Positions 8,952 to 18,807 of a DNA stretch of 64,000 bases are shown here, in pieces. Under the pieces are notes generated by a model. That model saw only the letters and a list, made by a program, of their open reading frames with translations, searched no databases and was not told the origin of the DNA. The translations under genes were made by a program, and so were the position numbers. Source of the stretch: Acidobacteriota bacterium (GTDB lineage: Bacteria; Acidobacteriota; UBA6911); assembly GCA_963664705.1 (NCBI GenBank), contig OY761556.1, positions 2,496,001-2,560,000 of the forward strand, given 5' to 3'. Within the stretch, counting starts at the first letter, position 1. Each line of letters begins with the position of its first letter.

Positions 8952-11126
8952 CTAGTCCGTCCGGCCGGTCGGATGGCATGAATAGCAATTTGCACTGTTG
9001 TAAACGTAATTCGAGACTCCCTGATGCTGAGAATCCGTGGTTGCTTTGTCATGGGTGTGACAGGTAATGCAGGAAAAAACCGAGTAATTGTTCGAGTTCG
9101 TATGGCAGTCTCCGCAACTGGTCCAGCGTCCTGCATGCGAGCCGCTGTAGATCGGGAACTGGGCGTGGTTGAAGGTCGCCCCGCTCCATGAGGAGGTCGA
9201 ATGGCAGCTGTCGCATGTTTTGGGGAAAAGAGCAGCCACATGGTTGGGGTCTGTCGTACTGGTATATTCCTTTGAATGGCAGGAATAGCAATCGGTCGGC
9301 GTGCCCGCATATATCCCCGAAATGTGGCATAGAGCGCACTGCACACTAGTGTGAGCGCCGGTCAAAGGGAAGTTTGTCTTGCTGTGGTTAAAGATCGACG
9401 GGCTCCAGGCGCTGGTGGAATGACAGATCGTGCAATCCTGGGGGAAGCCCGCGCTGACATGGTTCGGATTGGAGGCACCGTTGAAATTGGCAAGATGGCA
9501 TGAAACGCAGGCGGTCGGCAGGTTTGCATACTGGCCGCTGGAATGACACGCGGGGCATTGCAGCGGCGCATGCGCGCCGGTGAGAGGGAATTTCGTCTTG
9601 CTGTGATCGAAGAGCGCCGGAGTCCATGCTGTCGTGCTGTGGCATACGGAACAATCCTGAGGAAATCCGGCGGCAGTATGGTTTGGATTCGTCGTGCCAT
9701 TGAAATCGGTCAGATGACAGGAAACGCAAGTTGTCGGCAGCGTCGCATACTGGCCGCTTGCATGGCAGGCACTGCATTTCTGGCCGGCATGCGCCCCGGT
9801 CAGAGGGAATTTTGAGGTGTTGTGGTCGAATATGGACGGCGTCCAGGCTATCGTGCTGTGGCATGTCGAACATACCTGGGAAAAACCTGCAGCAACATGA
9901 TCAGGGTTTTTGGAACCGGTGAAATCGCTGAGATGGCAGGAGGCACAGGCCGTGGATAGCCCTGTATACTGGCCATTTTTGTGGCAATCCACGCACTGCC
10001 TCGATGCATGAGCGCCCGTAAGCGGGAACTGCGTCTTGCTGTGATCGAATGAGGCCGGATTCCATGCCGTCGTCGCATGACAGATTGTGCAATCCTGGGG
10101 GAAGCCCGATGTGACATGGTTCGGATTGGTGGTCCCGTTAAAATCAGCCAGATGACAGCTGATGCAGGCCGTGGGAAGGCCCGCATATTGTCCGTTCTTG
10201 TGACAATCGATACACTGGATGCCCGAGTGAGCGCCCGTAAGCGGAAACTTGGTTGCATTGTGGTTAAAGGTTGTCCCCTGCCACGAATTTGTTGTGTGGC
10301 AAACGGAGCAGTCTTTCGGAAAATTGGCCTGGACGTGATCTGGATTCGTTGCTGCATTGTAGTCCTTCAAATGACATCCGATACAGTCGGCCGGTGTTCC
10401 AGAGAATTTCCCCCCGATGTGACATTGAGTGCATTGCAGGCTGGCATGAGCGCCCAAAAGAGCGAATCCTGTGACCTTGGCATGATCCAAAAGGCTGCGT
10501 TGCCAGTTGTCTGCCTGGTGACAGGACTCGCAATTTGTTGAAAATCCCGCGGCCTGGTGATCAATCACCCTGGCACTCAGGTAATCGGCCTGGTGACACG
10601 ATACGCACTGCGTGCTCAGCCCCTTAAACAACCCCACCGCCGCACTCTTATGGCAGTCCTGGCAGGATGTCGCCGCATGCGCCCCAAGCAGCGGAAACCG
10701 GTTTTCGTGGCCGCCGGGATTCCTCCGCACATCACCCCAGCCGCGAATCGTATGACATTGTTCGCAATTGCTTCCCATCTGCCGCCTATGGATATCCGCA
10801 TGGCAATCCGCACAGTTTTTCCCAACATTGGAGAAGACAAGCTTGAGGTGGCACTGCCTGCAGTCCAACGCGGCATGCATCCCCTGCAGCGGGTATCCCG
10901 TGCTGGCATGGCTGAAATCCGGGAAAGGTCGAATCGGCTTCCAGCTCGTGGTGGTATGGCAATTGGTGCACGAGATTTTAATTGCGCCATGCGGGCTGTA
11001 TGTCCGTTCCGACGACTGTTGAACCGAAAGGGCAAATCCGGCAACGACCGCAGCACAAACCAACACACATATTGCGGTTGCCGAAATTCGCAGCGAAAGC
11101 CTCCTGGTAATATGCAATAATTTCAT
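8952..11126 (-). CDS. Multiheme cytochrome c, 28 CxxCH, built of 73-aa triheme repeats
   Basis: 28 CxxCH motifs counted by eye. N-terminal signal/TM segment. ATG 11126 overlaps the upstream TGA. Confidence 0.95.
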   Translation of the reverse strand: MKLLHITRRLSLRISATAICVLVCAAVVAGFALSVQQSSERTYSPHGAIKISCTNCHTTTSWKPIRPFPDFSHASTGYPLQGMHAALDCRQCHLKLVFSNVGKNCADCHADIHRRQMGSNCEQCHTIRGWGDVRRNPGGHENRFPLLGAHAATSCQDCHKSAAVGLFKGLSTQCVSCHQADYLSARVIDHQAAGFSTNCESCHQADNWQRSLLDHAKVTGFALLGAHASLQCTQCHIGGKFSGTPADCIGCHLKDYNAATNPDHVQANFPKDCSVCHTTNSWQGTTFNHNATKFPLTGAHSGIQCIDCHKNGQYAGLPTACISCHLADFNGTTNPNHVTSGFPQDCTICHATTAWNPASFDHSKTQFPLTGAHASRQCVDCHKNGQYTGLSTACASCHLSDFTGSKNPDHVAAGFSQVCSTCHSTIAWTPSIFDHNTSKFPLTGAHAGQKCSACHASGQYATLPTTCVSCHLTDFNGTTNPNHTAAGFPQDCSVCHSTTAWTPALFDHSKTKFPLTGAHAPLQCPACHSSGQYANLPTACVSCHLANFNGASNPNHVSAGFPQDCTICHSTSAWSPSIFNHSKTNFPLTGAHTSVQCALCHISGIYAGTPTDCYSCHSKEYTSTTDPNHVAALFPKTCDSCHSTSSWSGATFNHAQFPIYSGSHAGRWTSCGDCHTNSNNYSVFSCITCHTHDKATTDSQHQGVSNYVYNSANCYSCHPTGRTD

Positions 11127-13318
11127 GGCCGTTTTCCTGATGTATCCAATCCATGGCATGCCGTACACTCGCGTTTCGTCCCCTTGTAAACAACCACCTT
11201 CTTGCCCTTCACATCCATGGAATCGGAATGGCACAACACACAGGCTACACGCTTGTGTGCGCCGGTAAGTGCAAACGTCGACTGCTTCTCATGATCAAAG
11301 GAGGAAGGCACCCACTTCTGAAACGGATGGCAGCGGCCGCAATCCAAAACTGTACCGGTCACCGCGAATTGCCCCGCATGAGCATCCTCATGACACCCGA
11401 TGCATTCCTGCGGAGTTCCCGAATATCGAACAATGCCCCCGGCTGATTTGGAGTGGCATCGTTCGCACTTGACGGACTGATGTGCCACCGATAGCGGAAA
11501 CCGGGTTGTGGCATGATCAAACGTAACTTCAGCCCAGGCATTGATGGAGTGGCAACTGCTGCACCCGCCCACCCTGCCGTCCGGCATTGGAGTTCGCATG
11601 CGCGATGTAAACTGTCCCTTGTGCGGATCCTGATGGCAGCCGGTGCATTGCTGCGGCGCATCTTTATATACAATGTCCGCAATAGCAGCCTTTCCCAGCG
11701 GTGGCTTGTGGCACTTGATGCATTCCGCCCGCTTATGCGCCCCCTCAAGCCGGAATTCCGTGGCCGCATGGTTAAAAGAATCCAGTTCATGCCACGAATT
11801 GACCGTGTGACACGCCCGACAGCTTTTCGCCGTCCCGTCAGGAAACCGATCCTGCATCTGCAAGGTGAATTGTCCGCGATGGAGATCCGAATGACACGCG
11901 GGACAGGACCTGTCATCAAAACGATATTGGACCGGCTGTGCTCCGCCTTTATGGCACTGGGAACACTGCAGCCTTTCATGCCCCCCGGATAGAGGAAAAC
12001 GTGTGGATGCATGCAGCGGCGCAGAAAAGAGGGATGGTTTGAACGTACTCTGGTTATGGCATTTCTCGCAATGGTTGTTATACCGTTCATCGGAGAATTG
12101 TCCCAGGTGAATATCCCGGTGGCAGGCAATACAGGAAATATCCCGCATCCGATAGACGACCGCCTTTGCGCCATTGGCCTTGTGACAATCGGCGCAGCGT
12201 ACGATCCGATGATGCTCCTCAAGCGGAAACCGGGTCGCGGAATGTCGTGCGACATCGAACGTGGTCGGAGTAAAGCCGTTTACCGTATGGCAATCACCGC
12301 AATCGCGCGGCAAGCGCTCCGCATCGAACTGACCTTGGTGAGGATCCCTGGAGTGACAATCCCTGCATTTCTCAAATACGAGCGGCCTGGAGAATTTTGC
12401 CTGCAAGTGACATCCGGTACATTCAACCCGCACATGTCTGCCCTCAAGCGGAAAACGCGTTCGGGAATGATTGAATCCATCATCACCATGGATGGATTTC
12501 CAGCTTGTCTTGGCCGAATGACATGTCCGGCACGCATCCTTAAAGGTTCCGCCGTGTGGATCCTTGTGGCATGGCGTGCAGTCTTCAAATTGCAGGTTCC
12601 TATAACGTCTGACGGCTCTCCCGGTCGCAGGCATCGAGTGACATTGGATGCAATCAACCTTTTCGTGAGAGCCCTCCAGGTTGAAACGCGCATTCCGATG
12701 ATTGAATCGAGCGGGCCTTTTCCAATCTTCAAAATCATGACACCGATCGCACCGATCCGTCAGCTCGCCCTGGTGCGGGTCCGCGTGGCAACCCGAACAC
12801 AATGTCGAAAGCCCCAGATAAGTCCGGTTCAAATCTCTTATCACAATGGAGGTTCTGGAGGCTCCGGGAATATTGTCCGCTTTGTGGCATCTGCGACATT
12901 CCACCCGAGAGTGCTTTGCCTCCAGACGATAGCCGGTGGAGGCATGATCAAATTGGCTCAAGGGCATGGTCCAGTGAATCAAGTTGAAAGCCCTTCCATT
13001 ATGCTCATTGTGGCACTGGGCGCAGACGCGTCCGCTTCGGTCCGCACCTACCAGCGATGGGTGCAATCCCCTGTTCCCCTGGATGCGATCCCGAATGTCC
13101 TTATGGCAGGAGATGCATTTGAATTCGGGAGGCCTCTTCCCGGCATCGTGACAATCGCCGCAGTGGCCCGATCCGCTCAACGACTGATGAGCATTGGATA
13201 GGTCGCCGGGCGAAATCTGAGGATAGGCCTGATGGATCAAAACCGCGATCAGCCAGCCAAAAACCAGGGCTCCCTGGACCAACGCTTGTCCGCTTCCAGC
13301 AATCCGGGAGAAATCCAT
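11123..13318 (-). CDS. Multiheme cytochrome c, 26 CxxCH (c3/c7-like triheme repeats)
   Basis: 26 CxxCH motifs counted by eye, signal peptide, SPGDLSNAH start, repeated F.L.G.H and DPHxGQF motifs. Confidence 0.95.
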   Translation of the reverse strand: MDFSRIAGSGQALVQGALVFGWLIAVLIHQAYPQISPGDLSNAHQSLSGSGHCGDCHDAGKRPPEFKCISCHKDIRDRIQGNRGLHPSLVGADRSGRVCAQCHNEHNGRAFNLIHWTMPLSQFDHASTGYRLEAKHSRVECRRCHKADNIPGASRTSIVIRDLNRTYLGLSTLCSGCHADPHQGELTDRCDRCHDFEDWKRPARFNHRNARFNLEGSHEKVDCIQCHSMPATGRAVRRYRNLQFEDCTPCHKDPHGGTFKDACRTCHSAKTSWKSIHGDDGFNHSRTRFPLEGRHVRVECTGCHLQAKFSRPLVFEKCRDCHSRDPHQGQFDAERLPRDCGDCHTVNGFTPTTFDVARHSATRFPLEEHHRIVRCADCHKANGAKAVVYRMRDISCIACHRDIHLGQFSDERYNNHCEKCHNQSTFKPSLFSAPLHASTRFPLSGGHERLQCSQCHKGGAQPVQYRFDDRSCPACHSDLHRGQFTLQMQDRFPDGTAKSCRACHTVNSWHELDSFNHAATEFRLEGAHKRAECIKCHKPPLGKAAIADIVYKDAPQQCTGCHQDPHKGQFTSRMRTPMPDGRVGGCSSCHSINAWAEVTFDHATTRFPLSVAHQSVKCERCHSKSAGGIVRYSGTPQECIGCHEDAHAGQFAVTGTVLDCGRCHPFQKWVPSSFDHEKQSTFALTGAHKRVACVLCHSDSMDVKGKKVVVYKGTKRECTACHGLDTSGKRP

Positions 13319-13562
13319 AGGGCACTCAGGATGAGGGACAGCATCACGGCGCTTGGCACAACTTCAGGAGCGCCAACCTGAAAATCATGTTTTAAGACTT
13401 GATACCGGTGCCTTGGTGGGAACGAATACACACAGGGCCGGACTCATTGTTATTGCGCACGCGTGCGGCATCAATGCGCAGAAATACTCATTTTGCAATA
13501 TGGAAAACTACTCAGTGGACAAGGATGCATTGGGAGCGTACTACTGCAGGTTCCGCCGTCCC

Positions 13563-13586
13563 GGCTAATGGCTGCATACTATTTGC
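13563..13586. repeat. Isolated end of the same MITE-like repeat family
   Basis: GGCTAATGGCTGCATACTATTTGC resembles the ends at 694, 31810 and 31940. Confidence 0.5.
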
Positions 13587-13734
13587 GAGTTTGGTCAACG
13601 AGATTTTCATCCCTTAACTATAGCGTCGTCGGCTCGACCCGAAATGAAATCGGCGGCGTCTCGCCGGCACGAGACAATCTGCATCCACCCCCGCCATTGC
13701 CGCCGGAATCTGGAATCTGAAATCCGCACTTGGA

Positions 13735-16700
13735 TCAGTAGGACTGGGCCTTCAATTCATTGACGAACTGGTCGAGGGTTTTTCTTTCACCTGCAGGAGT
13801 GGCTTCAAAGGCACGCTGCGCATAAACAGCGCCCGCATCAGGATCGCCTTTTCCGAAATACAGGGTCGCAAGCCGCTTTAGAAGATAGCTATCCCGGGGA
13901 GCATCGCGCAAAGTGTCCAACGTTATCCGGATTGCTTCATCGCGACGATTGAGAAGCGCAAGCAATGCCACAACGTTTTTTCTGGCCTCAATGTTGCCCC
14001 GACTCAGGCGGGCGGCCGTGGAATAACTCTTCAGCGCTTTTTGCAACTCATTTTGCCTATAATACATTTCACCCATAACCATATGCGTCCCCACGTATCG
14101 CGGGGCCAATTGCAGGGCCTTTCCGAGATAATCCTCGGCGCTGCTGTAGTCACCCAGAAGAAAAAGACAACGTCCTATCCGGGAGTAAGCGGCTGGGAAA
14201 TGAATCGCAAGTGCCGCCTGCTTTTGAAAAAAAGAAATTGCATGTTCCAGACCATCCTTACGGACAGCAGGATCGGTAGAGCGCTCGGCGATCTGTTCGT
14301 AGAAGGCACCCAGGGTCATATAGGTCGAGGGATCCAGCCGGTTCATTTCCAGGGCGCTTTGCAGAACCTCTCCGGCATGCGATAAATCGGCAACTCCGCT
14401 GTAGGCCGCAGAAGAATGCGCAAGCCCCAATGACAGCCGGTATACGCTTTCTCCCGTCCCCAGGTCCGAAGCTCTTTGATACAATTCTATCGCGGCGGAT
14501 GCGTTCCCCGAGGACTTGTACGCGTTTGCTGCGCGTGCGGCAACATCGGCCCAGGCCGGACGAACCGATAGCATCCAGATTGCCGCAAGCGAGCAGAAAA
14601 GCACGGTGCATCCGAATGCCCATTGCCCCTTATGCCAAACGCTTTCACCCAACTTCCTTTCGTTGCTTGAACTCAAGATGACAGTCAACAGCCCAAGAAG
14701 CAGCATCAGGCAGATCCCAAAGAGGCTGATGCGCGCCTCGGCCTGCTGTGCAATCAATACGGGAAAGGTCCCATCCTCTACTGTCCAGAAGGCAGCAGTG
14801 ATCCATCCCACAACAACCCATAAAGCAGCAACGGAGGCAACGAAAAGGACGACGGTTTTCCTGACAACAACTTTACGCATCCCCGCTTCGGGAATCTCGG
14901 ACATCAGCAAACCGATATTGACTGCAACCGTCAGCAAAAGAACCGCCAACGCGGCAGGTACTGGCAGTCTCTGGGTAGTAAACGAAAACCACGAATGCCG
15001 AAAAATCTGGAGCGAATTCAAACCGGGCGTGACATTGAAAATAAAAAACCAGATGGGAACCAACAGGACCAACCCTGATATCGACGCATAGGAAATCAGC
15101 GGATTTCCCCTATCTTTGCCGATCTTATCGTGACCGCTGGTCGTTTCCTCCTCCCGGTGCGCCGGGTTACGGAACGAAACGGCCGCCAGAATCCCCAGAA
15201 ACAAATAGAAGTAGAGACGCGTCGGCGCCACCGCCATGGCAAATCCGGTCTCGATGATATGGGCAATGATCCCGCCCGCCAAGCCCAGCACAAGCCATTG
15301 CCCCGGCTTAAATCGCGTTTCCACGCAGGGAGCACAAAATCCGCTTACCCCGATAAAAACAACGGTTCCGGTCAGCAGCCCCGCCAGGACTCCGATGCCG
15401 GCCATATAGGGTGCCTTTGTCCAAAAGGACACGCCGATGCCCACAAATCCGCCAAGCCCGGCAAACAGAAAAAACAGTGCTCTCCAGCGGCCCTCGCAGT
15501 TGAATCCCAGGAACCGAAGAGTGAGGAATATGGCCACGGCGATCAGAATCAGATAGGCGATGACGCCGACATGCCCGAGAGTAATCAGGTCGTCGTATAC
15601 CTCATTGTGCATCCGATCCATCGGCGCTTCAGGATGCAATTGGATCAGCGCGGGTACGGCATAAAGGTTTCCCGGCACCCAGGCGCACTCGGGCCCGTAT
15701 CCGAATGCCCATCGCAAAAAATGACGCGGATCGCGCGTCCCATCCGGCAGAACCGCCGGAGCTCCTTCCTGCGCATACCGGATGCTCGTGATCCACAAAC
15801 CCTGTCTTACGGGATCGGACGTCTTTGCCAGGCGGCCCAGTCCCGGCATTGTCAATGGATTGATGAATCCAGCGGAAACCAGGACTAAAAGCAGAACCAC
15901 CGGGATCAGTTGGCTCAGCCAGGTCAGCCAAAACCAGGATCGCCCCCAGGAAGCGCGATAAAAGAAATAGTAACCGAACAGGCTCAGTCCAGCGAAAGCG
16001 CCAAAGATCGAAAAAAACACCATTGCTGGAAGCCTGGAACCAAGGCGCACGACTGCAAGCGCCAGCAAGGGCACCAGCATTCCGATTCCAACCGCTGCCA
16101 GCGCCGGAACAAAACTTCGGTTGCCGGGAGAGCGATGAAGCACCAGGACGACAAAAACACAGAGATATAAAGCGACAACCAAACCGATCAGCGGCCCACG
16201 GCTCTGCGTAGCAATGAGGGCTCCTGCCTGTAGGATCAACGCCAGCATGCAACTGCATATCAACAAAACGCCGGGTTTTCGAGCGGCCTTCTGACGCAAT
16301 CGACCGAAGCCCTCGGCCATTCGACACAGCGTCAGCGGGAGAACCATGGCCAGGTAGCCTCCCAGGAAAATGGGATTGCCCATCGTCGAGGACGACCTTC
16401 CGACCAGCCCTTTCCACGGAAGTGGATCCATTGAAAACCGCTGCAGGATTGCATAGGAAGCCGCAGGAATGCTGGTAAGAATTAAGATGAACTGAAGCCT
16501 CTTCAACTGATCCGCGCGTCGAAGCTCAGAAACAAGCAGCAGGAAAATGATCAAATAGCAGAGAAATGCAACGGTTCCCTGCGCCCGGCGGTAAGACCCC
16601 AGCCAACTCAGTTGTGGGATGATGGAACAGAAGGAGCTTACCAGGTAGACCGCAGTCAGCGCCAGGATCGGTTTTATCAGAGGAATGCGAATAAAGCTCC

Positions 16701-16911
16701 TCAGACAGGATCCTGAGGACTGGATGGGCCAGCCCCAAGTTAACAGCCATGCGGCACCGGCAATCGCAACGAGGAATTTGAGGACAAACATCTTGTCCGG
16801 CTCGAAAACCTGCACCGAAGAGATGTTAAAGAACAGAGGAATGACGGCCGCTGCCGCCAGCCAGGATACCTCTATGAGTGCTTTTCCAAAGCGATGCCAC
16901 TTGAAACGCAT
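13735..16911 (-). CDS. O-antigen ligase/Wzy_C family polytopic membrane protein with C-terminal TPR repeats
   Basis: SSTMGNPIFLGGYL, TQSRGP, FGYGPE and DRMHNE motifs, many TM helices, TPR-like C-terminus. Confidence 0.85.
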   Translation of the reverse strand: MRFKWHRFGKALIEVSWLAAAAVIPLFFNISSVQVFEPDKMFVLKFLVAIAGAAWLLTWGWPIQSSGSCLRSFIRIPLIKPILALTAVYLVSSFCSIIPQLSWLGSYRRAQGTVAFLCYLIIFLLLVSELRRADQLKRLQFILILTSIPAASYAILQRFSMDPLPWKGLVGRSSSTMGNPIFLGGYLAMVLPLTLCRMAEGFGRLRQKAARKPGVLLICSCMLALILQAGALIATQSRGPLIGLVVALYLCVFVVLVLHRSPGNRSFVPALAAVGIGMLVPLLALAVVRLGSRLPAMVFFSIFGAFAGLSLFGYYFFYRASWGRSWFWLTWLSQLIPVVLLLVLVSAGFINPLTMPGLGRLAKTSDPVRQGLWITSIRYAQEGAPAVLPDGTRDPRHFLRWAFGYGPECAWVPGNLYAVPALIQLHPEAPMDRMHNEVYDDLITLGHVGVIAYLILIAVAIFLTLRFLGFNCEGRWRALFFLFAGLGGFVGIGVSFWTKAPYMAGIGVLAGLLTGTVVFIGVSGFCAPCVETRFKPGQWLVLGLAGGIIAHIIETGFAMAVAPTRLYFYLFLGILAAVSFRNPAHREEETTSGHDKIGKDRGNPLISYASISGLVLLVPIWFFIFNVTPGLNSLQIFRHSWFSFTTQRLPVPAALAVLLLTVAVNIGLLMSEIPEAGMRKVVVRKTVVLFVASVAALWVVVGWITAAFWTVEDGTFPVLIAQQAEARISLFGICLMLLLGLLTVILSSSNERKLGESVWHKGQWAFGCTVLFCSLAAIWMLSVRPAWADVAARAANAYKSSGNASAAIELYQRASDLGTGESVYRLSLGLAHSSAAYSGVADLSHAGEVLQSALEMNRLDPSTYMTLGAFYEQIAERSTDPAVRKDGLEHAISFFQKQAALAIHFPAAYSRIGRCLFLLGDYSSAEDYLGKALQLAPRYVGTHMVMGEMYYRQNELQKALKSYSTAARLSRGNIEARKNVVALLALLNRRDEAIRITLDTLRDAPRDSYLLKRLATLYFGKGDPDAGAVYAQRAFEATPAGERKTLDQFVNELKAQSY

Positions 16912-16921
16912 GGGTCTCCCG

Positions 16922-18079
16922 TCAGGAGAGCATCTTTCGAAACAGTATTTTTCGCATGGCAGGGTACCGCGTCAGAGCGACCACCAGCTTTTTGTGCTGA
17001 TTGAATCTCGCCGTTTTTCTGACCAGCGGCATCAGGCCATCCGTCATCCACAGGTCGAAGACGGATTCCACTTCCTCATCCGTTAAACGCTGCAGCAGCA
17101 GACGCAAAGTCAGCTGGGCATCGATTTCCTCCATGAGACGTTCCCGCCACATGTCCTGAAATACCGACAGATCGGATTCACCAAGCTTATCCTGCCGGAG
17201 AGCATCTACCAGCACCTCGGCAGATATTTCCGCGCTGATCATGCCGTAATATACTCCGCCGCCCGTAGTGGGTTTCACAAACCCCGCGGCATCTCCAATC
17301 ACCAGGAAACGAGGACCGTAGGTTTTGGGAATCGGAGCCAAAGGAAGCATCCTCGGCCGCACCGATCTATCCATGCCACCCATGACACCAAACGGTTTTA
17401 GCCGCTCCATAAATTTGGCGAAATACGCTTCCGCGCCGCCTTCACACATCAAGCCCGCCCGTACCGCTCTGTCGTTCCCTTGACGGACAGGGACAGCCCA
17501 GGCAAACCCTTTCGGCGCCAGCTCATTCCCAAAAAAAATCCTCACATCCTCCTGAATATCGGCGGCCAATTCCATCTGAACGCAATTGAGGTATACTCCG
17601 GGCAGCCCAATGCCCAAATCCCGATGGAGCATATAGGAGGAACCGGTAGCCAGAACACACGCACGTGCCACATACGGCTTATCTCCGTTGCAGTGAATAG
17701 CCACGTCAGCATCCCGAATCTCGACTTTGGTCGCACGCTTCCCAGCACTTACCACCGCACCGCAGGCTATGGCCAAATCCCGAAGATTCCGATCAAATGC
17801 GGAACGATCCACAACAACCGCTTCAACCTGGTCCGTTTCATACCGGACGGTCCGGCCGCTCGGAGAATGAAACTGAACAGCCTTCAGCTCCTGAACCGGT
17901 CCTGCCTGTGTAATTGAAAATTCCCGGAAGATATCCGGCGAAAGAATGCCTGTGCAGTGGGAAGATTCAGCCTCGGGCGAATGCTCTTCCAGAATCTCTA
18001 CATCAAACCCATTGGAAGCCAGACGGCGGGCGAGCTGCAGGCCCGAAGGCCCGCCACCGATAATAATCACATCTCTCAA
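16922..18079 (-). CDS. Geranylgeranyl reductase family FAD-dependent oxidoreductase
   Basis: IIGGGPSG, HCTG, GFAWAVP and GDAAGFVKPTTGGGVYYG motifs. Confidence 0.88.
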   Translation of the reverse strand: MRDVIIIGGGPSGLQLARRLASNGFDVEILEEHSPEAESSHCTGILSPDIFREFSITQAGPVQELKAVQFHSPSGRTVRYETDQVEAVVVDRSAFDRNLRDLAIACGAVVSAGKRATKVEIRDADVAIHCNGDKPYVARACVLATGSSYMLHRDLGIGLPGVYLNCVQMELAADIQEDVRIFFGNELAPKGFAWAVPVRQGNDRAVRAGLMCEGGAEAYFAKFMERLKPFGVMGGMDRSVRPRMLPLAPIPKTYGPRFLVIGDAAGFVKPTTGGGVYYGMISAEISAEVLVDALRQDKLGESDLSVFQDMWRERLMEEIDAQLTLRLLLQRLTDEEVESVFDLWMTDGLMPLVRKTARFNQHKKLVVALTRYPAMRKILFRKMLS

Positions 18080-18135
18080 AGAAAAATCCCCTGTTGCTTC
18101 GGAATAATCCGGCAGCCAGCTCCGGCCGGCCAGGC

Positions 18136-18807
18136 CTATCTGCCACCACGCTGATTCAGTTTGCCGCCTCGAACCTCCCAGCGTCCGAGAAAGCTGATAT
18201 AAAAGGATAGGATGATCAGCCGCAGATCCAGCCAGAAATTTTGCCGTTGTATATAGAAGTTATCGTAGCGAAATTTTCGTTCCCGCGTGGTATCACGGTC
18301 TGCAAATATCTGGGCAATCCCCGTTAACCCGGGACGGACCTGCAGCCTCTCTTTGAATCCGCGTACTGCCTCATCCGGAACATCGTTCCCGATGTCACTG
18401 GATTGCATTTCGTTGATGGGCAGGGCTCGCGGTCCGACAAAACTCATGTCTCCACGGAAAATATTCCATAGCTGGGGCAGCTCATCCATGGCACAAGCTC
18501 GCAGAAAGCGCCCTACCTTTGTGATGCGTGGATCCTCCTGCCCCGCCTGCACCGATCGTATATTGCCCGCGCTCTTCCACATGGTCCGAAATTTGAGGGC
18601 TGAGAAAGTGCCGCCTCCTTTTCCCCAGCGATTCTGACAGAAAAAAACGGGGAACCCATCCTCAAGAATAATGGCAATGGAAATCAACATCCAGACTGGC
18701 GACGAAAACAAAAGACCGATTCCTGATAGCAGCGCATCAAATCCGCGTTTCATAAACCCGTGCATCCGGAAAGAAGGCTTTGTGCCGTTAGCCAAGGACT
18801 TCACCAT
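18136..18807 (-). CDS. Bacterial sugar transferase (polyprenyl-phosphate glycosylphosphotransferase)
   Basis: KRGFD, KFRTM, DELPQLWNIFRGDMSFVGPR and RPGLTGIAQ motifs. Confidence 0.93.
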   Translation of the reverse strand: MVKSLANGTKPSFRMHGFMKRGFDALLSGIGLLFSSPVWMLISIAIILEDGFPVFFCQNRWGKGGGTFSALKFRTMWKSAGNIRSVQAGQEDPRITKVGRFLRACAMDELPQLWNIFRGDMSFVGPRALPINEMQSSDIGNDVPDEAVRGFKERLQVRPGLTGIAQIFADRDTTRERKFRYDNFYIQRQNFWLDLRLIILSFYISFLGRWEVRGGKLNQRGGR

